Made by a program: the position numbers and the translations under genes
Notes under the pieces: model-generated
Databases searched by the model: none
Told to the model about the DNA's origin: nothing
The model's input: the letters and a program-made list of their open reading frames with translations, nothing else
IMG/VR virus record: IMGVR_UViG_3300037453_000168
Location: 1 to 64,000 of that record
Reading direction: 5' to 3' (one strand)
Length of the DNA: 64,000 nucleotides
Source: a virus
Taxonomy: Duplodnaviria; Caudoviricetes
Part shown: positions 20,700 through 29,379 of the stretch, one piece after another
How positions within the stretch are numbered: the stretch's first letter is position 1
Layout of the letters: each line of letters begins with the position of its first letter

Positions 20700-20917
20700 C
20701 TGAAAAATCAATACAGAGCATTAATTTGATGCTACTTGCTGGTAAATGTTTCGAGGAAATGGGCGTATATAAACAGGCTCTGACGTTTGTGAGCGATGGT
20801 GATGGCGTGAATGCTTATCTTGTGCTGACATTCGATAAGAACCATCCAACTCCTCCCGAACTGTCTAAACCTATGATGAAGTATAGATTAGAACTATATG
20901 CGGAGGTAGAGGAATGA
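20696..20917 (+). CDS. Hypothetical protein
   Basis: Coupled ORF. Confidence 0.6.
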   Translation: MTEKSIQSINLMLLAGKCFEEMGVYKQALTFVSDGDGVNAYLVLTFDKNHPTPPELSKPMMKYRLELYAEVEE

Positions 20918-21099
20918 CCGAACTGAAACCGTGCCCCTTCTGCGGTTCAAACAATATAATCTGTCCATTGCCTTGGATAATTTCTTGCGATTCATGTGGG
21001 TTCGATTTCAGACCACCGAGCCATTTTGGAGAGGGCCTTACGGACAAGCAGAGATAGGGGCTCACAATCGAATATTGGAACAGGAGGGCGTCAGAATGA
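20914..21099 (+). CDS. Lar-like restriction-alleviation family protein with in-frame TAG (21055)
   Basis: MTELKPCPFCG..CDSC..KQR*GLTIEYWNRRASE; the family WNRR motif lies after the TAG. Confidence 0.8.
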
Positions 21100-21275
21100 C
21101 ATTCGTGAAACCCTGTCCGTTCTGCGGTGCAGAGGTCTCGATATACGACAGGAATGGGCGCACCAAGATAGACCACCCGGACGGAATCGAGTGCATCCTG
21201 AACGTGATGGAGAGCCAATGGTACGGCCCTATTGGGGATTTTATCAGGGAATGGAACAGGAGGGTGGAGGAATGA
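21096..21275 (+). CDS. Lar-like protein
   Basis: KPCPFCG..IREWNRR. Confidence 0.75.
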   Translation: MTFVKPCPFCGAEVSIYDRNGRTKIDHPDGIECILNVMESQWYGPIGDFIREWNRRVEE

Positions 21276-21448
21276 TAGTCACAGGTTATGAGATTAGAGA
21301 CGAGATGAAAGGTTCGGCGGACAGGAAGAACGTACAGGCCTGCATTGAAATCAAGGTGGTATCGTCGCTCGAGGAATACCAGCGTTTCATGCTGGCCTTG
21401 TCCGACGGGGCTTTCATTTTCAAAAGGATATCGGAGGAGAAGGAATGA
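21272..21448 (+). CDS. Hypothetical protein
   Basis: Coupled ORF. Confidence 0.6.
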   Translation: MIVTGYEIRDEMKGSADRKNVQACIEIKVVSSLEEYQRFMLALSDGAFIFKRISEEKE

Positions 21449-21660
21449 CCAGACGCTACATCATACGCATCGGGGAACTCGGCCCGATGGAGGTCCTCGC
21501 CAAGCATCCGAGGGCGGTGGTCAACAGGTACGTCACAGAGCCCGACACGGTGGCCATCGTCAGAGAGTCCATGTCTGACACGGGCAGGATGATGCTGTGG
21601 AGGGCCAACCGTACAGGGCTGACGGAACGCATCGGCTGGATAATGGAGGCGGACGAATGA
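21445..21660 (+). CDS. Hypothetical protein
   Basis: Coupled ORF. Confidence 0.6.
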   Translation: MTRRYIIRIGELGPMEVLAKHPRAVVNRYVTEPDTVAIVRESMSDTGRMMLWRANRTGLTERIGWIMEADE

Positions 21661-21836
21661 AGATATACGCTATATGTGAGATTTACCCCAATGAACCAGA
21701 CATCATAATCAGGTACTATAAGACCAAGGAGGATGCGAAGTGGGGTCTGAACAAGCTGATGGCTGGTGAGGACGAGAGCTACGAATGGAATGAGTATGGC
21801 GAGTATGAGATAATCGAAATCGAGGTGGAGGAATGA
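21657..21836 (+). CDS. Hypothetical protein
   Basis: Coupled ORF. Confidence 0.6.
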   Translation: MKIYAICEIYPNEPDIIIRYYKTKEDAKWGLNKLMAGEDESYEWNEYGEYEIIEIEVEE

Positions 21837-22045
21837 CTGCTATTCAGGAGTATCGTGCATGGGTCAGAGCGATAACGAGATTATCAATCGCCATCAGTGC
21901 AATGGATACTGTCCCGTTCTTAGGAATCGGCCCAGAGTTTAGGGCGGAGTGTGAGGAATTATGGGAGAGGATGGATTCTCTGAAATCTAAGATGGAAACG
22001 AGGATAGAAGAAATGGAAAAAGAGCTAGAGGGGTGCAAGGAATGA
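21833..22045 (+). CDS. Hypothetical protein
   Basis: Coupled ORF. Confidence 0.6.
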   Translation: MTAIQEYRAWVRAITRLSIAISAMDTVPFLGIGPEFRAECEELWERMDSLKSKMETRIEEMEKELEGCKE

Positions 22046-22242
22046 CAACCAAGATAACTTACTTCAATGCCAAGGTGAATAACACCGAGGATTATGGAAC
22101 GCACATAAACATGGAGATTGGCATGAGATTGGAGGAAGAACAGTCGGTACAGTACCTTCTAACCGTGACCAAGCATGGATGCCAGATAGAGGAATACTGG
22201 AGGAAGAGGAATGATTTACACGAAGATGCTCGTGATGTGTGA
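22042..22242 (+). CDS. Hypothetical protein
   Basis: Coupled ORF. Confidence 0.55.
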   Translation: MTTKITYFNAKVNNTEDYGTHINMEIGMRLEEEQSVQYLLTVTKHGCQIEEYWRKRNDLHEDARDV

Positions 22243-22453
22243 CGGATGCGGTGCAGAGATAGATATCGATGTGGCTCTTAGAGAACGTTCGTATGAAATC
22301 GACGGTTTCTCATTCTATTACCAGTTGCGCAAGCGTGGGTGGGGTAGAGTGGATGAGGGCATGTGCGATATGAAGCACTATTGTCCGCTTTGTCTGGCAA
22401 AAAAGAACTCGGCATCCGCAAACTGTTTGGATAATGCGGAGGCGGAGGAATGA
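22211..22453 (+). CDS. Zn-binding protein
   Basis: CDGC..HYCPLC. Confidence 0.65.
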   Translation: MIYTKMLVMCDGCGAEIDIDVALRERSYEIDGFSFYYQLRKRGWGRVDEGMCDMKHYCPLCLAKKNSASANCLDNAEAEE

Positions 22454-22659
22454 CCGAGAAACACAGATTCTACCTCAAGGTAGGATTCGACGTCTACGCC
22501 GATTGCGAGGACAATGCGGAGAACATCCTGTACACGATGCTCGACCATATGCTCCTCGACCCGTTGAACAAGGATGGGGATGTGGAGGTCAGGAATTACT
22601 GGCCCGACATACTGGTGAGGGATTGCAACAAGGTAGGCAGACAGGAGGAAAAGGAATGA
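22450..22659 (+). CDS. Hypothetical protein
   Basis: Coupled ORF. Confidence 0.6.
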   Translation: MTEKHRFYLKVGFDVYADCEDNAENILYTMLDHMLLDPLNKDGDVEVRNYWPDILVRDCNKVGRQEEKE

Positions 22660-22826
22660 CTGAATATGTTTGCTACGGCTGTAATAACTGTTGCTATCTG
22701 AATGAAGAGGACATGAGGGAGCATGGTATGATGGATGAATGGGATGAGGATTATTCGGAGATTAATGACATCTGGTGTCCCTGTGGCGGATGTCGCACTT
22801 AGGTATGTAAGGAGGAAGAGGAATGA
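22656..22826 (+). CDS. Cys-rich protein with in-frame TAG (22800)
   Basis: ..CPCGGCRT*VCKEEEE-TGA; read-through restores the EE-stop/ATGA junction used by the whole array. Confidence 0.72.
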
Positions 22827-22963
22827 AATGTTCCGAATGCGCTAATCTGATACGCACTCCATTGGGTCTAAGGTGCAGGTACGAGTGGGAACTATTGAGT
22901 AATCCCAGAGGCGGAGCTTGTGCGAGAGGAGAGAGGTTCGTACAGAAGGAGGCGGAGGAATGA
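22823..22963 (+). CDS. Small Cys-rich protein (not in the ORF track)
   Basis: MKCSECANL..C..C..EAEE; coupled on both sides. Confidence 0.6.
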   Translation: MKCSECANLIRTPLGLRCRYEWELLSNPRGGACARGERFVQKEAEE

Positions 22964-23139
22964 CCGAATTGAAACCCTGTCCGTTCTGCGGTTCGTCAGA
23001 TGTACACATGCGCGAAATAACCGACTACTGCCATTTTGCATTCAAGGGCATATTCTGCGACGGATGTTCAACCTTCCATGTAGCATGGATAAGCGACGAG
23101 AACAGGATAGAATCATGGAATAAGAGGGTGGAAGAATGA
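22960..23139 (+). CDS. Lar-like protein
   Basis: MTELKPCPFCG..CDGC..IESWNKR. Confidence 0.75.
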   Translation: MTELKPCPFCGSSDVHMREITDYCHFAFKGIFCDGCSTFHVAWISDENRIESWNKRVEE

Positions 23140-23558
23140 CCATAAAGTGCAGCACACCGCTCTTCCATCCGCGCCACAGGTATTGCCCGTTATGCGGAGT
23201 GTTCACCGAAGAAGCGGTATTAGATCCGACACGTCCAGAAGTGACCGTACACTGCAAGAACTGCGGGTACACCACGATAATGACATCGACACTTTGGCCC
23301 GAAAAGGAGAGCGAAGACAATGGAGGAGAACGAATGACCGCTATTGTTCGTATATGCCCCAAAAGAGACACAGGATACTACACTAATGACCTTTGTGTAA
23401 CGGTCACTCATACAGAGACACAGAGTTTGGATAGGACATATACTGTGAGGAATGGCGACCTATGCTTAAAAAAAGGGATGCTTGTCTTAAAGACAGCGAG
23501 CGAGACGGTTTACATCTTTCCCACGGAAATTCTTGATTATGCAGGGGTGTTAGAGTGA
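23136..23558 (+). CDS. Zn-ribbon protein (possibly two fused cassettes)
   Basis: CPLC..CKNC; an internal GAATGA junction at about 23334 is read through in frame. Confidence 0.6.
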   Translation: MTIKCSTPLFHPRHRYCPLCGVFTEEAVLDPTRPEVTVHCKNCGYTTIMTSTLWPEKESEDNGGERMTAIVRICPKRDTGYYTNDLCVTVTHTETQSLDRTYTVRNGDLCLKKGMLVLKTASETVYIFPTEILDYAGVLE

Positions 23559-23580
23559 CCTATGAGATGGAGGGCGAGGA

Positions 23581-23937
23581 ATGACATTGAGCCGTAGAGC
23601 AAGGGATTTCTGTCATGATGGCGGTGTCCTGATTATATTGATATGCCTTTTTTTAGTGATACCCATGTCATGTATCTGGGTGGTCACGGAGGGGTGGGCT
23701 TACGATGACTGCCATGCACCGTTGCATGATGAAATCGTGTGCATAGTCGATGATGTTGAGACACATATCTCGACCGCTGGAAAGGATTTGCGGAACGAGG
23801 TCTTTGCGTTCATATCCGAGAACAGAGGACAGTTCGTATCTATCTGTTTTACGGATGGTTCGCATGGGCATGACCGCACGATATTGGTATGTTGGGTCAA
23901 AGAAATAAAGAACCAAATCGAGGGGGTGAGCGAATGA
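23581..23937 (+). CDS. Putative membrane-anchored protein
   Basis: N-terminal hydrophobic VLIILICLFLVIPMSCIWVV. Confidence 0.6.
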   Translation: MTLSRRARDFCHDGGVLIILICLFLVIPMSCIWVVTEGWAYDDCHAPLHDEIVCIVDDVETHISTAGKDLRNEVFAFISENRGQFVSICFTDGSHGHDRTILVCWVKEIKNQIEGVSE

Positions 23938-24305
23938 CTGAATCAATCAACAAGCCATGCCCTAAATGCGGTCGGCCGATGACGTGCATGGAGAAGGGCA
24001 GATATTGGTGTGCCGACTGTCGCATCAACTATTATGATGATGACTATGCCTCGGTCAAGTTCATTCCAACCCACGACGACACAGAGGAGGAACTGGTCGA
24101 CCATCCGGCCCATTACGGCGGCAAGGATGACCCGTACGAGGCCATCAAGGTCATCGAGGCGTGGGGATTGGGATTCCACCTTGGCAACGCCGTCAAGTAC
24201 ATAGCACGCGCCGGGAAGAAGAACCCCGATACGGAGATTGAGGATTTACGCAAGGCAGTTTGGTACATCAACCGTTTTATCGAGTTGAAGGAGGGGAAGG
24301 AATGA
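23934..24305 (+). CDS. Zn-ribbon plus DUF3310-family protein
   Basis: VDHPAHY..EAIKVI..GFHLGNAVKYIARAGKK..EDLRKAVWY. Confidence 0.85.
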   Translation: MTESINKPCPKCGRPMTCMEKGRYWCADCRINYYDDDYASVKFIPTHDDTEEELVDHPAHYGGKDDPYEAIKVIEAWGLGFHLGNAVKYIARAGKKNPDTEIEDLRKAVWYINRFIELKEGKE

Positions 24306-24772
24306 CCTCCCAGCGTAAGGACAGGAAGATGCACAGGAACACCGCCGACAGATTGCTGGAGGGGGTGAGGGAGCGCATCGCAGAGGTCAACAGCAACGAA
24401 GATTACTGTTATTCTATAACCGAGGCGTATGTGTTCGGCTCATACGTCAACTCCGACAGGGACATGATATCCGACCTCGACATAGCGTTGAGGGTCGAGC
24501 GTCGCTGTTCGACGGATTCAGAGCAGTACCGTCGCAGACAGGCGGAATGCCCCTACGGAGACGTGTTCCTCCAGCTGGTTTGGCCCAAGGAGGAGGTATT
24601 GAGGTTCATCCGCAACCGTTCGGGCTACATCAGCATCCACACCCTCGGCGACGTGGAGCAGGATGCGATAATATTCTCCGACAGGACGATTAGGCTGGAG
24701 GTCGAGCGATATGGCGATAGAGGTATTAGATTTGACAGACAAGGCAACTGTTTCCGAAATGGAAAAAGTTGA
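24302..24772 (+). CDS. Minimal nucleotidyltransferase (Pol-beta superfamily)
   Basis: AYVFGSY..SDLDIAL (GS..DxD) motif. Confidence 0.8.
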   Translation: MTSQRKDRKMHRNTADRLLEGVRERIAEVNSNEDYCYSITEAYVFGSYVNSDRDMISDLDIALRVERRCSTDSEQYRRRQAECPYGDVFLQLVWPKEEVLRFIRNRSGYISIHTLGDVEQDAIIFSDRTIRLEVERYGDRGIRFDRQGNCFRNGKS

Positions 24773-25016
24773 AAAGTCAAGAAAAGTCAATGAACTAAAG
24801 ATTGACTTTTTGAAACCGTGTCCGAGATGCCACACCGCTTTTGTGATTCCGTTCGAGGGGGAATGGGTGGCCGTCTGCGACTGCAACCCTTGGAGCCTTA
24901 TGAAAGAGGATGCGATAGACCTCTGGAACAGGAGGATAGAGTCTTGGATGGAGACCAATAAGTCGGTCAAAGCACACATTGAAAGGGAGTTTAAAGAGTA
25001 TCATTGGGAGGGATGA
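24711..25016 (+). CDS. Lar-like Zn-finger protein
   Basis: LKPCPRC..CDC..AIDLWNRR. Confidence 0.6.
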   Translation: MAIEVLDLTDKATVSEMEKVEKSRKVNELKIDFLKPCPRCHTAFVIPFEGEWVAVCDCNPWSLMKEDAIDLWNRRIESWMETNKSVKAHIEREFKEYHWEG

Positions 25017-25303
25017 ATATGAGAACAAAGAAACATTGGATTCTAAATTATCTGAGATATCACAACGGAGTAAGTCGTAGGGATATAGTGAGGTCCTGCG
25101 GTCTTGCATCCGTAGACAATACTCTGCGCGATACAAGACGCATGATTGACAGCAACCATATAGCGAAGAACGAATCGGGCGGATTGTATATCACGGAGGA
25201 TGGGCTTGCGTACCGCGATTATGTAAGGAGTGCGATGTTCGACGAGGCGGTAGAATGGGCGGAACATCGAAAAAAGTCATATATATGCTCGACCACGGCC
25301 TGA
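25013..25303 (+). CDS. Winged-helix protein
   Basis: ILNYLRYHNGVSRRDIV..LYITEDG. Confidence 0.65.
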   Translation: MNMRTKKHWILNYLRYHNGVSRRDIVRSCGLASVDNTLRDTRRMIDSNHIAKNESGGLYITEDGLAYRDYVRSAMFDEAVEWAEHRKKSYICSTTA

Positions 25304-25512
25304 TTGTGATGTATATCTATCCGACGGTACTACCTAATGAGAAGGAGAAGGTCGTTCGCATCATGATATTCGGTGGCACTCATGAACGCAGATTGTCCAT
25401 ATCGCTGTATAGAAGGGATGTGTTGGAACTCTACAATGCTCTCGGAAGATACCTTGAGGATACCGAACGCAAAACGGGAGAGGATTATGAGATTATCGAG
25501 GATGAACCATGA
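25255..25512 (+). CDS. Hypothetical protein (start uncertain)
   Basis: ORF in operon. Confidence 0.55.
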   Translation: MGGTSKKVIYMLDHGLIVMYIYPTVLPNEKEKVVRIMIFGGTHERRLSISLYRRDVLELYNALGRYLEDTERKTGEDYEIIEDEP

Positions 25513-25751
25513 CCGAGTATCACAGGGACGGCAGAAGATTCATCAGAGAGAACTGCGAGATATGCTCTGCAAAAGACGATTGCGACGGCATAGTGGTCTA
25601 TCTCGGTAATGAATTGAAGGAATCAGGGGAATATGCGGATGCCGACCCTACCAGATTCTATTTCAGCGACAACTGTCCTTTGAGGATGATGTACGAGGGC
25701 AAGATGAAAGATGGCGAGTCGAACGACAGGCTATGGGGGATGCTCCGATGA
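25509..25751 (+). CDS. Cys-containing hypothetical protein
   Basis: CEIC..C..CPL; coupled. Confidence 0.6.
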   Translation: MTEYHRDGRRFIRENCEICSAKDDCDGIVVYLGNELKESGEYADADPTRFYFSDNCPLRMMYEGKMKDGESNDRLWGMLR

Positions 25752-25963
25752 CCGATTGCAGGACACCGATATTGAATGCCCTCGAATCGGGACCCAAGAC
25801 AACCCCCGTGCTGGCTGAACTATTCGTAACGGATTGCATAGGCCATCTGTCTGCGAGGAACAAGGCATACCATCATCTTCACAAGATGATGGAGGACGGG
25901 AAGATTATCTGCATAAGGGAAGTCGGAAAGCCCAACACATGGATGCTTAACAGAGAGGGGTGA
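25748..25963 (+). CDS. Winged-helix protein
   Basis: ILNALESGPKTTPVLAE..HLHKMMEDGKI. Confidence 0.7.
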   Translation: MTDCRTPILNALESGPKTTPVLAELFVTDCIGHLSARNKAYHHLHKMMEDGKIICIREVGKPNTWMLNREG

Positions 25964-25964
25964 T

Positions 25965-26357
25965 ATGCCTATGGGATTATTGGATGAACCCGTGAAAGTC
26001 GGGGAATGGAACGGTCTGGAATTCTACAAGGATTCCTTGACCGAGAGTCTGACCAGACACGCCCGTAAAATGAGCTTGCAAGGAATAGAACTCAGAGGAT
26101 GGTCGGTCTATGTCGTAAAAGACATCAAGACGGGGAACAGGGCATTCGTGCTGTTCGATGATAAGGGCATGGCATTCCGCGATTCCAATTCGATGGAGGG
26201 CATGGCCTATGAGATTGATTTCCTGAAGTCGGCCATGTCGATGGAGAACAACATAGTGGATATGGCGGAAAAGAGGAATGCGGAATCAAAGAAGAATAAA
26301 AAGAGGAAGAAAAAAGATAAGGAGCGATATCATGGGTTTCAGGAACGGAGTAACTGA
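25965..26357 (+). CDS. Hypothetical protein
   Basis: 130-aa ORF. Confidence 0.6.
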   Translation: MPMGLLDEPVKVGEWNGLEFYKDSLTESLTRHARKMSLQGIELRGWSVYVVKDIKTGNRAFVLFDDKGMAFRDSNSMEGMAYEIDFLKSAMSMENNIVDMAEKRNAESKKNKKRKKKDKERYHGFQERSN

Positions 26358-26601
26358 ACGCTATTGTTCGGAATGCAAGAAATGGTACGAGGTAGAGGAT
26401 TCGGAGGGCTTGTTCACCTGTCCTCATTGCGAGAGGAAACAGCGCATAGCGAAATGCAACAGGTGCGGATACGAGTGGAGATTGCATAGGACACGCTATC
26501 CTGATAACTGTCCGTCGTGCAAGAACCCCTATTTCAACACCAAGCGCACGCAGACAAGGAAGGAGACGGCAAAGCTGTACATCGACAAGGTGAAATCATG
26601 A
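26332..26601 (+). CDS. Multi Zn-ribbon protein
   Basis: CSEC, CPHC, CNRC, CPSC. Confidence 0.7.
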   Translation: MGFRNGVTERYCSECKKWYEVEDSEGLFTCPHCERKQRIAKCNRCGYEWRLHRTRYPDNCPSCKNPYFNTKRTQTRKETAKLYIDKVKS

Positions 26602-26813
26602 AGTACAAAGCGATAGTCAGGAAAGATGACGGGGAATGCCTGTCGTTGGTGAAGTTCGATTCCCTTGAAGGATTGAACGAGTACATATCCAACATCAGGG
26701 AGTCGTCGGAGCAGATGCTCATACGCTTGAACGGAACCTATCTGAAATTAACCGTCTATAAATTGCAGGACGATGAATGGAAGGAGGATATGTAGGAGAC
26801 TTTGTTCCGTTGA
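26598..26813 (+). CDS. Hypothetical protein; TAG26793 backed by TGA26811
   Basis: Coupled ORF. Confidence 0.55.
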
Positions 26814-26861
26814 GTACCGATTATACGGTACTTATTTAATAAAGTGCGGAGATATCTTGAC

Positions 26862-27473
26862 ATGGTGTTCAGTACATCGGGCAACAGCAGTCCGAGGATT
26901 CAGCCCGACAGATGGGAGCGTGAGATTGAGTTGCAGAAGACGTCCAACCTCACCCCGTCCGAAGCATCCATATACGTCGCAAGGGAGAGCGGACTATCCC
27001 TCTCGGACATAGCCGACGTTCAGGGTCTTAGCATCCAGACTGTGAAGAACACGCTAACGACCGCACGCAAGAAGATAAACGGAGAGGGTACGATGGAGTT
27101 CTATATCTCTAAGACGAATCAATCGAACAACGATAGTTCGATGAACAAGCTGAATCTGTCACAGGTTCTGTCCTATCTCTGCAGAGAATTGGGATACGAC
27201 GTCCTGATGATGTCGCATACAATCGTAATCAAGGGATTCGATAGGACGGTGCCAGGGGATTACAGCTGGTTCAAGGACAATGTGGAGCGCATGGTCGATA
27301 TGATAGGCACTCGCAACGATGCTATGGCATCGGAGAGGGCAAAGCGCATGGTCGCAGTCTATAAACAGCGCATGATGGAGCAGGAGGTAAAGACCCCTAT
27401 GTTCGGACATGCGGTACTGAAATACTATCTGGATAGATACTATATCCCCTATGACGTGAACGAGGTGGATTGA
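26862..27473 (+). CDS. LuxR/sigma-region-4-type HTH protein with C-terminal domain
   Basis: LTPSEASIY..GLSLSDIADVQGLSIQTVKNTLTTARKKI. Confidence 0.75.
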   Translation: MVFSTSGNSSPRIQPDRWEREIELQKTSNLTPSEASIYVARESGLSLSDIADVQGLSIQTVKNTLTTARKKINGEGTMEFYISKTNQSNNDSSMNKLNLSQVLSYLCRELGYDVLMMSHTIVIKGFDRTVPGDYSWFKDNVERMVDMIGTRNDAMASERAKRMVAVYKQRMMEQEVKTPMFGHAVLKYYLDRYYIPYDVNEVD

Positions 27474-27474
27474 A

Positions 27475-28038
27475 ATGGGCAGGAAATCGAAGATACAGGA
27501 GGCAATCGAAATGGAGAACAGGACGATAGAGGAAACGACCACAGGACAGACCGAGACGTCCGACGATATGATATACCAACCCGATACCGAATCGTCGGCA
27601 GAGTCGATAGCAGACGTCGGGAAGAAACCGTCCACGGACTTCCAGCGCACGCTCACTCCCGACAGCGATTCACTCGTTGCAAAGGAATTGAGGGAGCATC
27701 CCTTCGAGTCCGATTCAGGCTCATACGTAAAGAATCTGAGATTGTCGAACACGCAGAAGGACATGATTGTGACAGAGGAACTTCGCAGAATCATCAATTC
27801 CGATAATGAGCTGTACGGGGTGCAGGTACGCACGCTCATAGACTATCCCTACGACAAGGACGGATTCACGGTCGTATCCATGTTCGTCAACCGCGACCCC
27901 CGTTTAATCTCGATGGCTTGGGACTATTACAGGGATAACGTCGCAGACCCGACCGTGGAGAAGTTCGCCTACAAGGTGGAATCAATCATAGGCGCATCCG
28001 AGAAGTTCCGCAGAGTGGTGCATCTGAAACTGAATTAA
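27475..28038 (+). CDS. Hypothetical protein
   Basis: 187-aa ORF. Confidence 0.7.
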   Translation: MGRKSKIQEAIEMENRTIEETTTGQTETSDDMIYQPDTESSAESIADVGKKPSTDFQRTLTPDSDSLVAKELREHPFESDSGSYVKNLRLSNTQKDMIVTEELRRIINSDNELYGVQVRTLIDYPYDKDGFTVVSMFVNRDPRLISMAWDYYRDNVADPTVEKFAYKVESIIGASEKFRRVVHLKLN

Positions 28039-28122
28039 GCAATCATTTTAACCGAGTACCGCCCTCATTCGTCATCGAGTGAGGGTCCTCATACTTCCTG
28101 ACCTCACTCACGGAGCATCGAT

Positions 28123-29007
28123 ATGGCCGAAATCAGAAAATACAAGAAGATTCCAGAGGGAACACAGCGTATGATAGACGGTCGTATGCACACCCGTCAT
28201 AACGGGGAATGGATACCCAACGATTCCAAGCCGATGGATGTAAGGAACGCTCCGAACGGAGGACGTCAGTACCGCAGACAGGGGGATAAGGAATGGCGCA
28301 ACGTCGATGATTCCAAAGAGGGCATCATCGCACAGGATGCCGATGTGAACACCCGTAATTCCGATGCGATAGCCGACAGATTGGGTGCCAGAAGACCGAG
28401 GAATGCACCGTCGAGGAGTCAGGACAAGAAGATTATGGCATTCGGTTCGAACGGGATGGTCGGCAAACCCTGGTCGTACAAATCCCCTCTCGACTATCTG
28501 AAAGCGTATGCCCTCAGAAGTCCCAAGACCAAGGCTGGAAGATTGCTGTTCGATACAATCAATACCACCAACTGGTTCGTAACGTGGTCTAGGAACAAAT
28601 CCCGTGCCAAGGCGGAGAATGAGCAGATTAAGGCCGTCGATGACGGATACGAGGATGCTATGAGGAACGTCTATGAATGGACGGACAACATAGACCCGTC
28701 GCAGTCGGTAGACAGCATATCCTCCGTCCAACTGAACAGGATGTATAAGGAACTCAACAAGAAACTGTCCGAAATGGAAGACCAGTATGAGGACATGAGA
28801 GGTCGTACAGACCCCGATGCGCTCAGATTCAAGACGGAATACAAGGCATACCGCGATATGTATGGGACGCTCGACAGGATGGCCCGTGACGAGGAATCAA
28901 GGCGCAGGGCATTCGACGAATCGGAACGCAGAGCCAATGAACAAAGGGACAGGGCAAGGCAGAAAGCCGAGGAAATACGTCAGCGTTACAAACAAAACAA
29001 CCCTTGA
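28123..29007 (+). CDS. Hypothetical, possibly virion-internal protein
   Basis: Repeated GTQRMIDGRMHTRHNGEW / GGRQYRRQGDKEW N-terminal motif; coiled-coil C-terminus. Confidence 0.7.
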   Translation: MAEIRKYKKIPEGTQRMIDGRMHTRHNGEWIPNDSKPMDVRNAPNGGRQYRRQGDKEWRNVDDSKEGIIAQDADVNTRNSDAIADRLGARRPRNAPSRSQDKKIMAFGSNGMVGKPWSYKSPLDYLKAYALRSPKTKAGRLLFDTINTTNWFVTWSRNKSRAKAENEQIKAVDDGYEDAMRNVYEWTDNIDPSQSVDSISSVQLNRMYKELNKKLSEMEDQYEDMRGRTDPDALRFKTEYKAYRDMYGTLDRMARDEESRRRAFDESERRANEQRDRARQKAEEIRQRYKQNNP

Positions 29008-29057
29008 AAATATATTGAATAAAATCTTTTATATAATTCAATATATTTTTATCGAGT

Positions 29058-29345
29058 ATGGTTAGCAGTCTGCACAAACTACAATTCCTCGGTAAGATAT
29101 CCAAAAGCCCAGGCGGTGGATACAAGATTTGGATTCCGAAGGACGTATCCGAGAAGATACCGCCCGAACTATGGGTTTTCGATGTCGTATATATCAGGGC
29201 GGAGGGATTCAAGCAGACCTTGAAGAATCCGCCTTGCTCTCACGCAACGGAGATTAAGAAGTACATCCCGATATACAGCGAGTTCGTGGAAACGGATTAT
29301 ACTAAACTCGGCAAGGTCACGGTCGAGATGGTGTACGAGATATAA
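29058..29345 (+). CDS. AbrB/SpoVT-like DNA-binding protein
   Basis: LGKISKSPGGGYKIWIPKDV. Confidence 0.6.
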   Translation: MVSSLHKLQFLGKISKSPGGGYKIWIPKDVSEKIPPELWVFDVVYIRAEGFKQTLKNPPCSHATEIKKYIPIYSEFVETDYTKLGKVTVEMVYEI

Positions 29346-29379
29346 GGCATGTAAGAATCTATCGAATGGAGGAAATGAA

